Shown piece by piece: positions 17,386-24,868 of a DNA stretch of 36,258 nucleotides; positions within the stretch are counted from its first letter, which is position 1; each line of letters starts with the position of its first letter. Source of the DNA: Thermoplasmata archaeon (lineage in GTDB: Archaea > Thermoplasmatota > Thermoplasmata > Lutacidiplasmatales > UBA184); contig JAGWLG010000036.1 of assembly GCA_028864975.1 (NCBI GenBank), positions 1 to 36,258 of the forward strand, written 5' to 3'. A program made the translations under genes and the position numbers. Under the pieces are notes generated by a model. It was not told where the DNA came from, searched no databases, and saw nothing but the letters and a program-made list of their open reading frames with translations.

Positions 17386-18798
17386 GTGCAGGCTCCCCCC
17401 TCGACCTCGGGACCCGAGAGCCCTCGCCTTCGCCGGTTGCTCCGGGAGTCTCATCGCGCCCCAGGAAGGGCAGCTCGCCGGTTCTGGCACGAGATGGAGA
17501 GGAAGGGGACGCCCCTCATCGAACCCGTCGCTCGGCGCGACCCGCGAGCGACCGGCGGGTCCACGGACCGGGACCGGCTGGTCACGAACCATGACCGTCT
17601 CGTGACCTTGGTCTTCCGAGGAGGGAGGTCCGTCCGCTCGGTCGAGGTCCAGAGTTCCTTTGGCAGCACGTTCCCGGTTCTCCTGGAGCGTCTTTCCGCG
17701 ACCGACGTATGGTTCAGAACCTGGCGCCTGAGCGACCGGTTCCGGGGGTCGTACCGATTCGTCGCGAACCCGCCGAAGGAGGCACAGCTCACCTACAAAG
17801 GATGGATAGAACGGACGCATCGGTCGACCGTCGACCCGTTCAATGCCCGGGGGTTCCTCGACCCCACCGATCCCGGCGACCCCGAGGGCCCCCATGGGGT
17901 CGCTTCGTCGGAGATCGTCCTCCCACACGCCCCCGATCGTCCATGGCTACGGGGACCGCAAGCGCGTCCCACCCGCGGGCGGCTCCTCGAGGAACGGATC
18001 GAGAGCCATCACCTCCGTCACCAGACGACCCTCTTCCCCTGGGAGCCGCGAGCGCGTCCCCGAGGGAACGATCGGCGCCGGGTCTGGGTCTACCTCCCCT
18101 CAGGAAAGGACGGGCAGCCGGTCCCGCCGCGGAACCTCGTGGTCTTCTTCGACGGTTTCGACTACGCCCACGTCCTCGCCGCGCCGGCCACTCTGGAAGC
18201 GCTCACCCAACGCGGGGCGATCGGGGCGACGGCCGCGCTCTTCATCGACCACGGACCGAACAATCACCGAGCGGTGGACCTCTGGTGGAACGAAGCCTTC
18301 GGGAGCTTCCTCGCGGAGGAGCTCCTGCCATGGGCCCGAGCCCGCTTTGGTTGGCAAGGCCTCCCCGCCTCCCGTACGGTCCTCGCCGGCGCGAGTCTCG
18401 GGGGCCAGTCGGCCCTCCTTTGGGCGCTTCGGCGACCCGAGGTCTTCGGTGCGGCCCTCTCCCAGTCAGGGTCCTTCCAGAACTCGCCCGACCCGTTCCT
18501 GGAGGAGCCTCACTGGATGGGACGGTGGGTCGCCACCCATCCCCGGGTCCCCATCCGGGTCCATCTGGACGTGGGGCTTCGGGAGACCATCACGCCCTTC
18601 GGTGCGACGCGTTTCCCGACCCTCCTGGCGTCGAACCGCCATCTGCGCGACGTTTTGCGCGCCAAGGGTTATCCTCTCACGTACGTCGAGTACGATGGGG
18701 GGCACGACGACGCGTGCTGGAGGCAGACGTTGGCGGGGGGGTTGACCGCCCTCCTGGGTCCTTCTCCCCATTCGGGGACGGGCATGTCCCGTCGGTAG
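17386..18798 (+). CDS. Enterochelin esterase (Fes)-like alpha/beta hydrolase with N-terminal DUF3327-like domain
   Basis: LERL..TDVWFRTW.L...FRGSYRF N-domain, RRVWVYLP, VFFDG, GASLGG nucleophile elbow, SQSGSF, DVGLRE and YDGGHD..CW. Confidence 0.82.
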   Translation: MQAPPSTSGPESPRLRRLLRESHRAPGRAARRFWHEMERKGTPLIEPVARRDPRATGGSTDRDRLVTNHDRLVTLVFRGGRSVRSVEVQSSFGSTFPVLLERLSATDVWFRTWRLSDRFRGSYRFVANPPKEAQLTYKGWIERTHRSTVDPFNARGFLDPTDPGDPEGPHGVASSEIVLPHAPDRPWLRGPQARPTRGRLLEERIESHHLRHQTTLFPWEPRARPRGNDRRRVWVYLPSGKDGQPVPPRNLVVFFDGFDYAHVLAAPATLEALTQRGAIGATAALFIDHGPNNHRAVDLWWNEAFGSFLAEELLPWARARFGWQGLPASRTVLAGASLGGQSALLWALRRPEVFGAALSQSGSFQNSPDPFLEEPHWMGRWVATHPRVPIRVHLDVGLRETITPFGATRFPTLLASNRHLRDVLRAKGYPLTYVEYDGGHDDACWRQTLAGGLTALLGPSPHSGTGMSRR

Positions 18799-19069
18799 TC
18801 GGGCCCACCTCGTCCCTCTGAGGTGCCGCCGCGGGGAGGACCGCCCCCGCCCCCTTGGTCACGAAGTAGTGCAGGCGGTCGCACTGCTTCTGGAAGTACC
18901 CGGTGCCCTCTTTCGCGTACGCCGCGACCAGACCCGGCAGGTCCCCTTCGGACGCCACCCCGTCCAAGACCGGTGAGAACATGCAGGGGAAGACGACGAC
19001 CAGCTTCTCCTCCATCCGAAGGCGCTCGACCTCGCGGGCACCACAGAACGGACAGTTTAGCTCGACCAT
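18677..19069 (-). CDS. Hypothetical small Cys/His protein (CPFCG...C...CxxLH)
   Basis: The N-terminal ~75 aa look protein-like (MVELNCPFCGAREVERL...VFPCMF...QCDRLH). The tail overlaps the esterase 3' end by 122 nt. Confidence 0.6.
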   Translation of the reverse strand: MVELNCPFCGAREVERLRMEEKLVVVFPCMFSPVLDGVASEGDLPGLVAAYAKEGTGYFQKQCDRLHYFVTKGAGAVLPAAAPQRDEVGPTTDGTCPSPNGEKDPGGRSTPPPTSASSTRRRAPHRTRRT

Positions 19070-19181
19070 CTGCCCTCTGGACTCGAAGTAGGGCGGGATG
19101 ATGAAGCGTACCCCGGCCCCCCGGGGATGGAAAGGAAGGCCCTGGGGGCCCGAGGCCCTCAGGGTCGGGGAACGTTCGAGT

Positions 19182-19418
19182 TCAGGTCAGGCTGCCCATC
19201 TCCCACGCCCAACCGGGGGCGGGGGCACCAGGACGGACATCGACACGAGGGGGAGCACGGCCGGAACCCCCGCAGTAGGTGCAGGTCCGCGAGATCTCTT
19301 CCAGAACGCTCGCCCGCTCGTCGTAGCGCCATCGGCGCTCGACCCCCTCCCCCCGGCATATCGGGCAGGGAGAGGTCTCCTGCGAACTCGGAGCCGGCGA
19401 TCGGCCTTGGCTCTCCAT
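19182..19418 (-). CDS. Small protein with one DnaJ-type zinc finger (CxxCxGxG x2)
   Basis: CPICRGEG and CTYCGGSG motifs. AGGAGTG SD-like sequence just before ATG 19418, and TTAAATA at 19451-19457. Confidence 0.72.
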   Translation of the reverse strand: MESQGRSPAPSSQETSPCPICRGEGVERRWRYDERASVLEEISRTCTYCGGSGRAPPRVDVRPGAPAPGWAWEMGSLT

Positions 19419-19450
19419 GCGCACTCCTACTTACTAGTGGCCGGCGGGGG

Positions 19451-19457
19451 TATTTAA
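19451..19457 (-). promoter_or_regulatory. TATA box for the zinc-finger small-protein gene
   Basis: TTAAATA on the minus strand, 33-39 nt upstream of ATG 19418. Confidence 0.6.
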
Positions 19458-19575
19458 CCGAGAGTCTGGACTGGAACGTTATACGGAAGGAGGTAACGGG
19501 GGCGGCCCGTCGTGGTCGTTCAGTACTCCACGACTGGCGCCGGTCGATCGTGGAGCGGGCTCGCTCCGCGCACCC

Positions 19576-21132
19576 CTATAGGCCTTCCCAGCGATAGGTC
19601 CCAGCGCGCATCGACGCGAGGACCCCTTGTTCGTAGAGCCGGTGCAGGTACTCTTCGAGCGCCGCTTCGCTCGACCAGAGGTCCTTCCTTCGGAGACTTT
19701 GCCAGAGCTCCGCCGCCGGGAGGTCCGGGCGCTCCATCAAGACCGACCGCAGCACGAAGTAGCGGGAGAGCTCCCTCTTGGAGCGGACCCGAGCGCCCCG
19801 CGAGAGAAGCTCGCGGGAGGCCTTGGCGCTCCCGAGCTCGGGGTCCGCGAGGGCCTCCACGTACTGATCGGCGATGGCGGATAGGTCGCCTCCACCCACG
19901 TTGCCGCGTCCGAGCACCCTCGCGTGCGCGAGCGCCGCTTGGACCAGATGGTCGCGCAACCCGCTTCCGCGCAGCAGGAATCCTTCGAACTCGCTCTTCG
20001 GCAGGTTGAGCTGCGCCGGGAGCTCGACGAGCGCCCGGCGGACCGTCGCGAGCGCGGTCTCGATCTCGCGGTGGAGCTCCTCGTCCTCGGGCATCTGCGG
20101 GTCGCGGAAGTGGGAGCGCACGAGCCGGTCCGACCAAGCGCCGAAGAGATCCGGGTCCACCCGCGTCGCCGCAAGCTCCTGCCAGCGGTCCGCTCGGTCG
20201 AGGAGGGGCACGTGGGCATCGAAGAGCACCCGGAGAAGGTCCGCCCCGTCGGACCCTCCATAGAGCAGGAAAGAGGTCTCGTAGCCCGGGCCTTTCCCGA
20301 GGAGCCGGTCCCACGCGCGAACCCCCATGGGGTCGATCGCCACCGAGTAGGGTTTCGAGTAGGAGGCCTCCTCCGACCCTCGGCTCCGCCGGCCCCTCAC
20401 CCGCTCGAGCGCGACCTCCCAAGGCGGAAGCAGAGATCGGAGCGGGGCGACCACCGGGGCCACGACGGAAGAGGGGACGCCCCAGCTCCCCAGCACCACA
20501 TCCACTCCCGACGCTCTTCCGTGCCAAGGAGGAGCCCCGACGTAGGGGAGCAGGAGGAGGGAGGCCAGGCGCTCCGACAGGCCGGTCTCCTCGCAGAAGG
20601 CCCGCAGGCCTACTTGGGCCTCCGAGGTGGAGAGATGCAGCGACGGGTAGAACTCGGACTCCGGGATCCGCTCGACCTCGTCGGCCCAGAGCACCTCCTC
20701 GGTCGCAAACCCGTGACCTGCGGGCTCGCGGAAAGTGAAGGACCGGCGCACGGGTCGTCGGACGCGGTAGCAACGCCCTTCCTTCGGTCGCTCCCGCGGG
20801 TCTTCGATGACCACCCAGGGCCCTTCCACCGGACGGGCCGGGAGGGGGTAGGCCCGGAACGTCGGGCGTCGGCCCACGGCGCGGAAGAGCCCGGAGGGTG
20901 CCGGCGCCTCCCGCAAGACGGCCACCAGGTCCAAGGGGATGGCGCGTCCGATGGGGGTCCGGTGATACTGTTGCCGCCAATCCTCCCAGCGCCCGCGAAG
21001 CTCCCGTTCGAACGGGAGGTAGGTGGCCCCTCGCTCGAGAAGGCTCGGCGGGTCGCCTCGCCGAAGCGGGGCCCACCCCCGCAGGAGTCCGCGCTCGGGG
21101 AAGGCGTGGGCGGAGGCGCTGACGGCGGTCAA
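19576..21132 (-). CDS. Uncharacterised 518-aa protein; putative inactivated MCM-like AAA+ paralog with C-terminal winged helix
   Basis: TTG start overlaps the sat TGA (TTGA, 21129-21132). MCM-like segments seen by eye: LLLLPYVGA...GVDVVLG, LL..LFD....LLD, LVQAALAHARVLGR.NV...D, and EEYLHRLYEQGVLASMRAGTYRW. No Walker A lysine. The CDS is well supported; the family call is inference. Confidence 0.7.
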   Translation of the reverse strand: MTAVSASAHAFPERGLLRGWAPLRRGDPPSLLERGATYLPFERELRGRWEDWRQQYHRTPIGRAIPLDLVAVLREAPAPSGLFRAVGRRPTFRAYPLPARPVEGPWVVIEDPRERPKEGRCYRVRRPVRRSFTFREPAGHGFATEEVLWADEVERIPESEFYPSLHLSTSEAQVGLRAFCEETGLSERLASLLLLPYVGAPPWHGRASGVDVVLGSWGVPSSVVAPVVAPLRSLLPPWEVALERVRGRRSRGSEEASYSKPYSVAIDPMGVRAWDRLLGKGPGYETSFLLYGGSDGADLLRVLFDAHVPLLDRADRWQELAATRVDPDLFGAWSDRLVRSHFRDPQMPEDEELHREIETALATVRRALVELPAQLNLPKSEFEGFLLRGSGLRDHLVQAALAHARVLGRGNVGGGDLSAIADQYVEALADPELGSAKASRELLSRGARVRSKRELSRYFVLRSVLMERPDLPAAELWQSLRRKDLWSSEAALEEYLHRLYEQGVLASMRAGTYRWEGL

Positions 21133-22253
21133 GGGACGAAGGGTTCGGGGAAGCGCAGGATGGCGTCGGCCACTTCCGGCCGCATGACCTCGGGCGGGGG
21201 TCGCTCTCCCCGGAGGATCTTCTGCCGGACCTCGGTCCCCTTGAACGTGAGCCGCGCGGAAGGGGGATGGGGGCAGGTCTTCTCGGTCGAGATCCCCATG
21301 CACTTCGTGCACCAGAAGGTGTTCGTGTAGAACAGCGGGGTCACCCCGAGGTCGTCGTACTGGGAGAAGATCGCCCACGAATCGTAGGGGCCGTAGAAAT
21401 TGCCCACGCCGGCCGCGTCCCGTCCGACGATGAAGTGGGTGCACCCGTAGTTGCGTCGGACCAGCGCGTGGTAGAGCGCCTCCCGCGGCCCGGCGTAGCG
21501 CATGAAGGTGCGGAAGTAGGAGAAGAACACCCGCTCGGTGGGGAAGTAGTTGCCGACCAGGGCGTCGTAGGCGGAGGCGATCACCTCGTCCTTGAAGTCG
21601 CCGCTCTTCTTCTCTCCGATAAGCGGGTGGACGAAGAGCCCATCGGTGAGCTCGAGGGCGTGCCGCTGAAGGTACTCGTGCCCCACGTGGGGCGCGTTCC
21701 GGGTCTGGAACCCGACGACCTTCTTCCATTTCCTTTTCGCGAACTCTGCGCGGACGACCTCGGGCGCGAGCGAACGGGAGGCATAGGGATCGGTCAGGGA
21801 CGCGCGCAGCTCGAACTTCCCTCCGATCATCTCCTCCCCTAGGGTGTCCAGGCGGCGGACGCCAGGATGTTCCCGCGAGCGGGTACGGTAGACCCCCTCG
21901 GCACAGGCCTCCCGGTCCCATCGATAGATCTCCTCGACCTTGAGAACGGCCGACGCACCATCTCCCACGACCCCGAGAAGGATCTCGTCGCCAGCCTTCC
22001 AACCCGCCTTCGGGCCGCCGACCTCGAGGAGGGGGAAGTTGACCGGCAGAGGCCAGGGCTTGTCGTTCGAGAGCCGCCCTTCCTTCACGACGCGCTCGTG
22101 GTCGTTGCGGGTGAGGAAGCCCGGCACGGGAGCGTAGACCCCGGTCGCGAGGTTGACGCCTTCCTGGAAGAGGAGGGGGGAGATCGCGACGCTGTCGCGG
22201 GACGGTCGGTCGGCACCATGTCGGGGAACGGAGTGGGCGGAAGTGGGGGTCAT
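21129..22253 (-). CDS. sat: Sulfate adenylyltransferase (ATP sulfurylase)
   Basis: FQTRNAPHVGH, LFVHPLIG, MRYAGPREALYHALVRRNYGCTHFIVGRDAAG and the C-terminal CxxC..CPH Zn site. Start moved to ATG 22253. Confidence 0.96.
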   Translation of the reverse strand: MTPTSAHSVPRHGADRPSRDSVAISPLLFQEGVNLATGVYAPVPGFLTRNDHERVVKEGRLSNDKPWPLPVNFPLLEVGGPKAGWKAGDEILLGVVGDGASAVLKVEEIYRWDREACAEGVYRTRSREHPGVRRLDTLGEEMIGGKFELRASLTDPYASRSLAPEVVRAEFAKRKWKKVVGFQTRNAPHVGHEYLQRHALELTDGLFVHPLIGEKKSGDFKDEVIASAYDALVGNYFPTERVFFSYFRTFMRYAGPREALYHALVRRNYGCTHFIVGRDAAGVGNFYGPYDSWAIFSQYDDLGVTPLFYTNTFWCTKCMGISTEKTCPHPPSARLTFKGTEVRQKILRGERPPPEVMRPEVADAILRFPEPFVP

Positions 22254-22281
22254 CGCTTCGCTCACGCGCGAGAGGGGCGGG

Positions 22282-22288
22282 ATATCAA
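22282..22288 (-). promoter_or_regulatory. TATA-like element for sat
   Basis: TTGATAT on the minus strand, 29-35 nt upstream of ATG 22253. Confidence 0.45.
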
Positions 22289-22407
22289 GCGTTTGGGGGG
22301 GTCCGTAGGGCGGGCTCCTGGCCCCGAAGATCGCTCCGAGCAGCGCCGAGCGGAAGGTATTCGGCGGACCCCACCTACCCTGCCCCGGCAGCGAGGGACG
22401 GTCCGCG

Positions 22408-23694
22408 GTGGCGCAGTTCTGGGGCGATCTGCCGTACGCCGTCTCTGCGACGCTGGGCCTCCTCGTGCTGCTCGCCACCTGGGAGAGGACCCCGGGCGTC
22501 CTCCGCTCTCTCTCGCGTTTGGCAGGCCCTCAACACGGCAGTGCCGCGCGTCTGGTTTCCGATTGGAGGTTCTGGGCCCTCCCCGCGGTCGTGGTCTTCC
22601 TCGCACGTGCGCTCGTGTTCGATGCCCCAGTCCCTTGCTCCTCCGGTGTGGACGATGTCCAGGCCTTCCTCCTCTCTGGAAGGGCCGTCTGGTCGGGGGG
22701 AAACCCGCTGCTCGTCCAAGAGTGTGGGATGACCGTCCCGGTCCCCTACGGCCCGCTCGCGATGGTGGTCAACCTGATCGGGAGCGTGGGCGGACGCGCT
22801 GGGGTCTGGCTCGCCTGGGAGCTACCGGCCATCCTGTTGCTTCCTCTTGCCGCCCGCCTGGTGGGGTCAGAGGAGCGTTCCCGGGTGCTCGCCACCCTGG
22901 GGAGCTCGCTGCTGTTCGTCCCTCTCGTCGAGTCGCAGATCGACGGGGCCGGGAACGCGTTCGTCGCCGTCGCCGTCCTCGCATCCCTGGCCCTCGCCCG
23001 AGAGAACTGGATCTCGGGGGCGATCGGGGCGGGATTCCTCGCCTGGGCGAGGTTCCCCTCCCTGGTCCCCTTCCTAGGCGCTTCCGGGGAGCCGTCCCGT
23101 AGGCGGGGGCTCCTCGCCCTTGGACTCTCGATCACGACCCTCCTCGGGGGGGTCGCGATCGGCTATGCGTTCTGGGGGCGAACGTTCCTCGACGTGGCGT
23201 TCCTCGCACAGACCTCACGGGTGGACCGCCCGCTGAACCTCTACGGGATCCTCTTCGCGACGGGGACCCCGGTCCCCAGCTCCGTGTCGCTCTCCGCAGA
23301 GGCTCTGGGACTGGGCGGTGCCGTGCTCTTCTGCCACTGGAAGAGGCTCGCCGCTCTCCCGTCGGCTTCCTTGGTGCTCGTCGTCGCCGCCCTGGTCCTT
23401 CCCTCGTTTCCGTTCAACTTCTTCCCGTGGCTCCTTCCGGTCCTGCTGTTGGGCCCATGGGCCGCCCGGAGGATGTACCTAGCCTCGGTCGTCGCAGCCT
23501 CCAACTTCCTCGTAGGGTTGAACCTGGTCTTGCTCCAAGGAAGAGGCCTCTGGCCCTTCGTTGTGCTCTGCATCGTGACCTCAGCGTTGCTGGTCGAGCT
23601 GCTCGTGCGGATCGCGAAGCTCCCCGGTTCCCGGGCGGGGCTTGCACCGCCGCTTACTCAGGTAACTGTGAACCACAGCTGTCGCAGAACCTAG
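22408..23694 (+). CDS. Polytopic membrane protein, GT-C/GT87-like glycosyltransferase candidate
   Basis: About 10 hydrophobic segments. The first loop has DD.QAF..SGRAVWSGGNP followed by PYGPL, resembling the D...G.NPY...YPP pattern of GT87/DUF2029 proteins. Confidence 0.6.
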   Translation: MAQFWGDLPYAVSATLGLLVLLATWERTPGVLRSLSRLAGPQHGSAARLVSDWRFWALPAVVVFLARALVFDAPVPCSSGVDDVQAFLLSGRAVWSGGNPLLVQECGMTVPVPYGPLAMVVNLIGSVGGRAGVWLAWELPAILLLPLAARLVGSEERSRVLATLGSSLLFVPLVESQIDGAGNAFVAVAVLASLALARENWISGAIGAGFLAWARFPSLVPFLGASGEPSRRRGLLALGLSITTLLGGVAIGYAFWGRTFLDVAFLAQTSRVDRPLNLYGILFATGTPVPSSVSLSAEALGLGGAVLFCHWKRLAALPSASLVLVVAALVLPSFPFNFFPWLLPVLLLGPWAARRMYLASVVAASNFLVGLNLVLLQGRGLWPFVVLCIVTSALLVELLVRIAKLPGSRAGLAPPLTQVTVNHSCRRT

Positions 23695-24868
23695 AGTCGC
23701 CCTCGAGCTTCGTCCCGCAGAAGGGGCAAAAACGTGTCTCTTCCTTCTCCCCCATTGTCGCCGCCGCCGGCGGAGGAGGCGGGGAGGATGGTGCCTGGAT
23801 CGGAGGAGCGGAGGGTGGTGTGGAGGGTGGGGGAGGGGGTGGTGGTGGTGCCTGGAGCCTCGAGAGGTCGGGCCCGGGGACCTCCACCCCCGGGCTACGA
23901 CCCGTGACGAAGGCCAAGAACAGGTCCTCCACGGAGACGGTCTCGCGCTCGCAGGAGAGCATCAGGCCACCGTGCCGCAGGGCCAACTGCGCCAGTCCTT
24001 CGCGGGGGTCGGTGCCGGTGGTCACTCGGACACGCACGATGGGCGCCGTGCCCGGCGCGAGTGCAGCGGAGAGGACCCCGGGGACCTTCGTGATCTCCCC
24101 GGTCATCTCGTCGGTGAGCCCCTTGATCTCGGCACGGTAGACCGTGCCTCCAGAGATCATCTCCACCAGGCCTTCGACCGTGCCCTCCGCCCGAGCCGCC
24201 CCGTCGTCGATGATGGTGAGGCTGGTGCAGAGCCTCTGGACCTCGGAGAGCTGGTGGGAGGATAGGAGGATGGTTCGGGGGCCCTCCGAGCCTCCCACGA
24301 TGTCCCGGAACAGGTCGCGGAGGGAGGCCATGGCCACCGGGTCCAGGCCCGAAGTGGGCTCGTCCAGAATGATGAGGTCCGGGTCGCCGAGCATGGCCAC
24401 CGCCACCCCGACCCGAGCTTGGTTCCCCTTGCTCAGCGTCTTCATCCGTTGGTCAGCTACCGCCCGAAGGTCCAGTCGGTCGATGAGGAACCCGACCTCC
24501 CGTGCTCGTCCTCCGGAGGAGAGCCCTCGCATCCGGCCGTAGACCTCCAGTACCTCACGCACGGTGAGGTGCTCGGGGTATTCGGGCAGCTCCGGGGCGT
24601 ATCCGATCCGGCCCCTCTTCTCAAAGTCCTGTTCGGGGTCGAACGGCTCTCCCATCACGGTGAGCGACCCGGCGTCGCGCTGGAGGAGCCCAAGGATGCA
24701 TTTCATCGTGGTCGTCTTCCCCGCGCCGTTCCGTCCTAGGAACCCGTGGATGCTCCCCAGGGGGACGCGCATCCGCAGGTTCTTGGCCCCGTTGCGTGAG
24801 CCGGGGTAGATCTTCGTCAGACCCTCCAAGGTGAGGGCGAAGGGAGGGGGGGCCTTCTCCACGCTCAT
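23654..24868 (-). CDS. ABC-2 type exporter ATP-binding protein with Pro-rich linker and C-terminal zinc ribbon
   Basis: Walker A GRNGAGKTT, signature LSKGNQAR, Walker B IILDEP and H-loop SSH. It ends in FCPFCG...FCDSCG. Confidence 0.92.
   Translation of the reverse strand: MSVEKAPPPFALTLEGLTKIYPGSRNGAKNLRMRVPLGSIHGFLGRNGAGKTTTMKCILGLLQRDAGSLTVMGEPFDPEQDFEKRGRIGYAPELPEYPEHLTVREVLEVYGRMRGLSSGGRAREVGFLIDRLDLRAVADQRMKTLSKGNQARVGVAVAMLGDPDLIILDEPTSGLDPVAMASLRDLFRDIVGGSEGPRTILLSSHQLSEVQRLCTSLTIIDDGAARAEGTVEGLVEMISGGTVYRAEIKGLTDEMTGEITKVPGVLSAALAPGTAPIVRVRVTTGTDPREGLAQLALRHGGLMLSCERETVSVEDLFLAFVTGRSPGVEVPGPDLSRLQAPPPPPPPPSTPPSAPPIQAPSSPPPPPAAATMGEKEETRFCPFCGTKLEGDSRFCDSCGSQLPE

Noticed and set aside
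19576-22002. 808-aa ORF as one large protein
   Set aside because: The first ~290 codons overlap sat on the same strand in another frame and are Arg/Pro/Gly-rich shadow sequence. The real gene most plausibly starts at TTG 21132.
23760-23860. GGT/GGA microsatellite-like and G-run sequence
   Set aside because: Explained by the polyproline linker codons of the ABC ATPase.
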